A stretch of 64,000 nt of DNA, from NCBI RefSeq assembly GCF_000497125.1, contig NC_090603.1:434001-498000 (forward strand), written 5' to 3'. The position numbers were made by a program, and so were the translations under genes. This DNA is from Spironucleus salmonicida (taxonomy: Eukaryota). How positions within the stretch are numbered: the stretch's first letter is position 1; every line of letters begins with the position of its first letter. The notes under the pieces were generated by a model, which ran no database searches, had not been told where the DNA came from, and saw only the letters and a program-made list of their open reading frames with translations. Shown piece by piece: positions 63,565 to 64,000 of the stretch.

Positions 63565-64000
63565 TCAAATCTCACCAGCATCTTCAAGTTTTTTCGTTAT
63601 ATCAGACATTATCGCGATAATGCGCGACTTAAATAACGCTCCAGCCTCGCCACGCACAACGCGGTATAAAATTTCACCAATTTCTTCCAACTGCGCATCG
63701 CTCGCTCCCTAGTGCACTATGAACGGAAATCCGATTCTAATCCCATTTTAATTTTTCGCTCCTATTTTTTGACCATTTACAATAATTCCTGCAGCGCGGA
63801 GCTCGTTTTCGACATCTGGTGCGCACTTGAGCACGAAGTAATGCATGTCGGTTCCTCCAGTATAAATTTCTTCTGTACTGAATTTGGCGCAGATTTCCTT
63901 GCTGAATCGCAGAATTCTCCGGTTCTTGTCACGGAATTCAGCGCTATCTGCCTCAATCGCCGCTTGTGCAATTCCTGCAATATTGCTCATGAAGGGTCCT
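63565..64000 (-). CDS. SHMT: Serine hydroxymethyltransferase, C-terminal part (5' end outside window)
   Basis: GPFMSNIAGIAQAAIEA..EF, YTGGTDMHYF, AGIIVN, NGIRIG match SHMT C-terminal motifs. Confidence 0.8.

Noticed and set aside
1-64000. Prokaryotic or ciliate origin; CRISPR, rRNA or tRNA genes
   Set aside because: Sec1, PDI and eukaryote-type SRP54 indicate a eukaryote. The lack of introns, AGTGA ends and GC mosaic fit diplomonads better than ciliates, though this is not proven. No repeat-spacer array or recognisable structural RNA was seen.

Overview
Gene-dense, apparently intron-less eukaryotic DNA that only reads sensibly with translation table 6 (TAA/TAG = Gln, TGA the only stop). The supplied standard-code ORF track therefore fragments the real genes. 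The code, the compact layout, cysteine-rich membrane proteins and frequent AG-TGA gene ends point to a hexamitid diplomonad, Spironucleus-like (inference). Re-read by hand there are about 45 genes or gene fragments, including mitochondrial-type HSP70, a membrane DnaJ and a J-like paralog, PDI, Sec1, SRP54, PC4/Sub1, SHMT, EVE and split-barrel proteins, an Ada2-like protein and a 2381-aa kinase/pseudophosphatase. Main structural features: (1) an 18.7-kb palindrome (arms 831-9120 and 11309-19525). It is a mosaic of near-identical GC-rich tracts and two diverged islands: a bidirectional intergenic region, and an in-frame variable segment inside a surface-protein gene. This is a candidate conversion/inversion variation locus. 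(2) A 761-bp direct duplication with reciprocally truncated genes flanking a 12.9-kb block. (3) Patches of ~10-bp phased A/T tracts. All translations, alignments and family calls were done by eye; long AT-rich ORFs were checked at their ends and by frame, not codon by codon.
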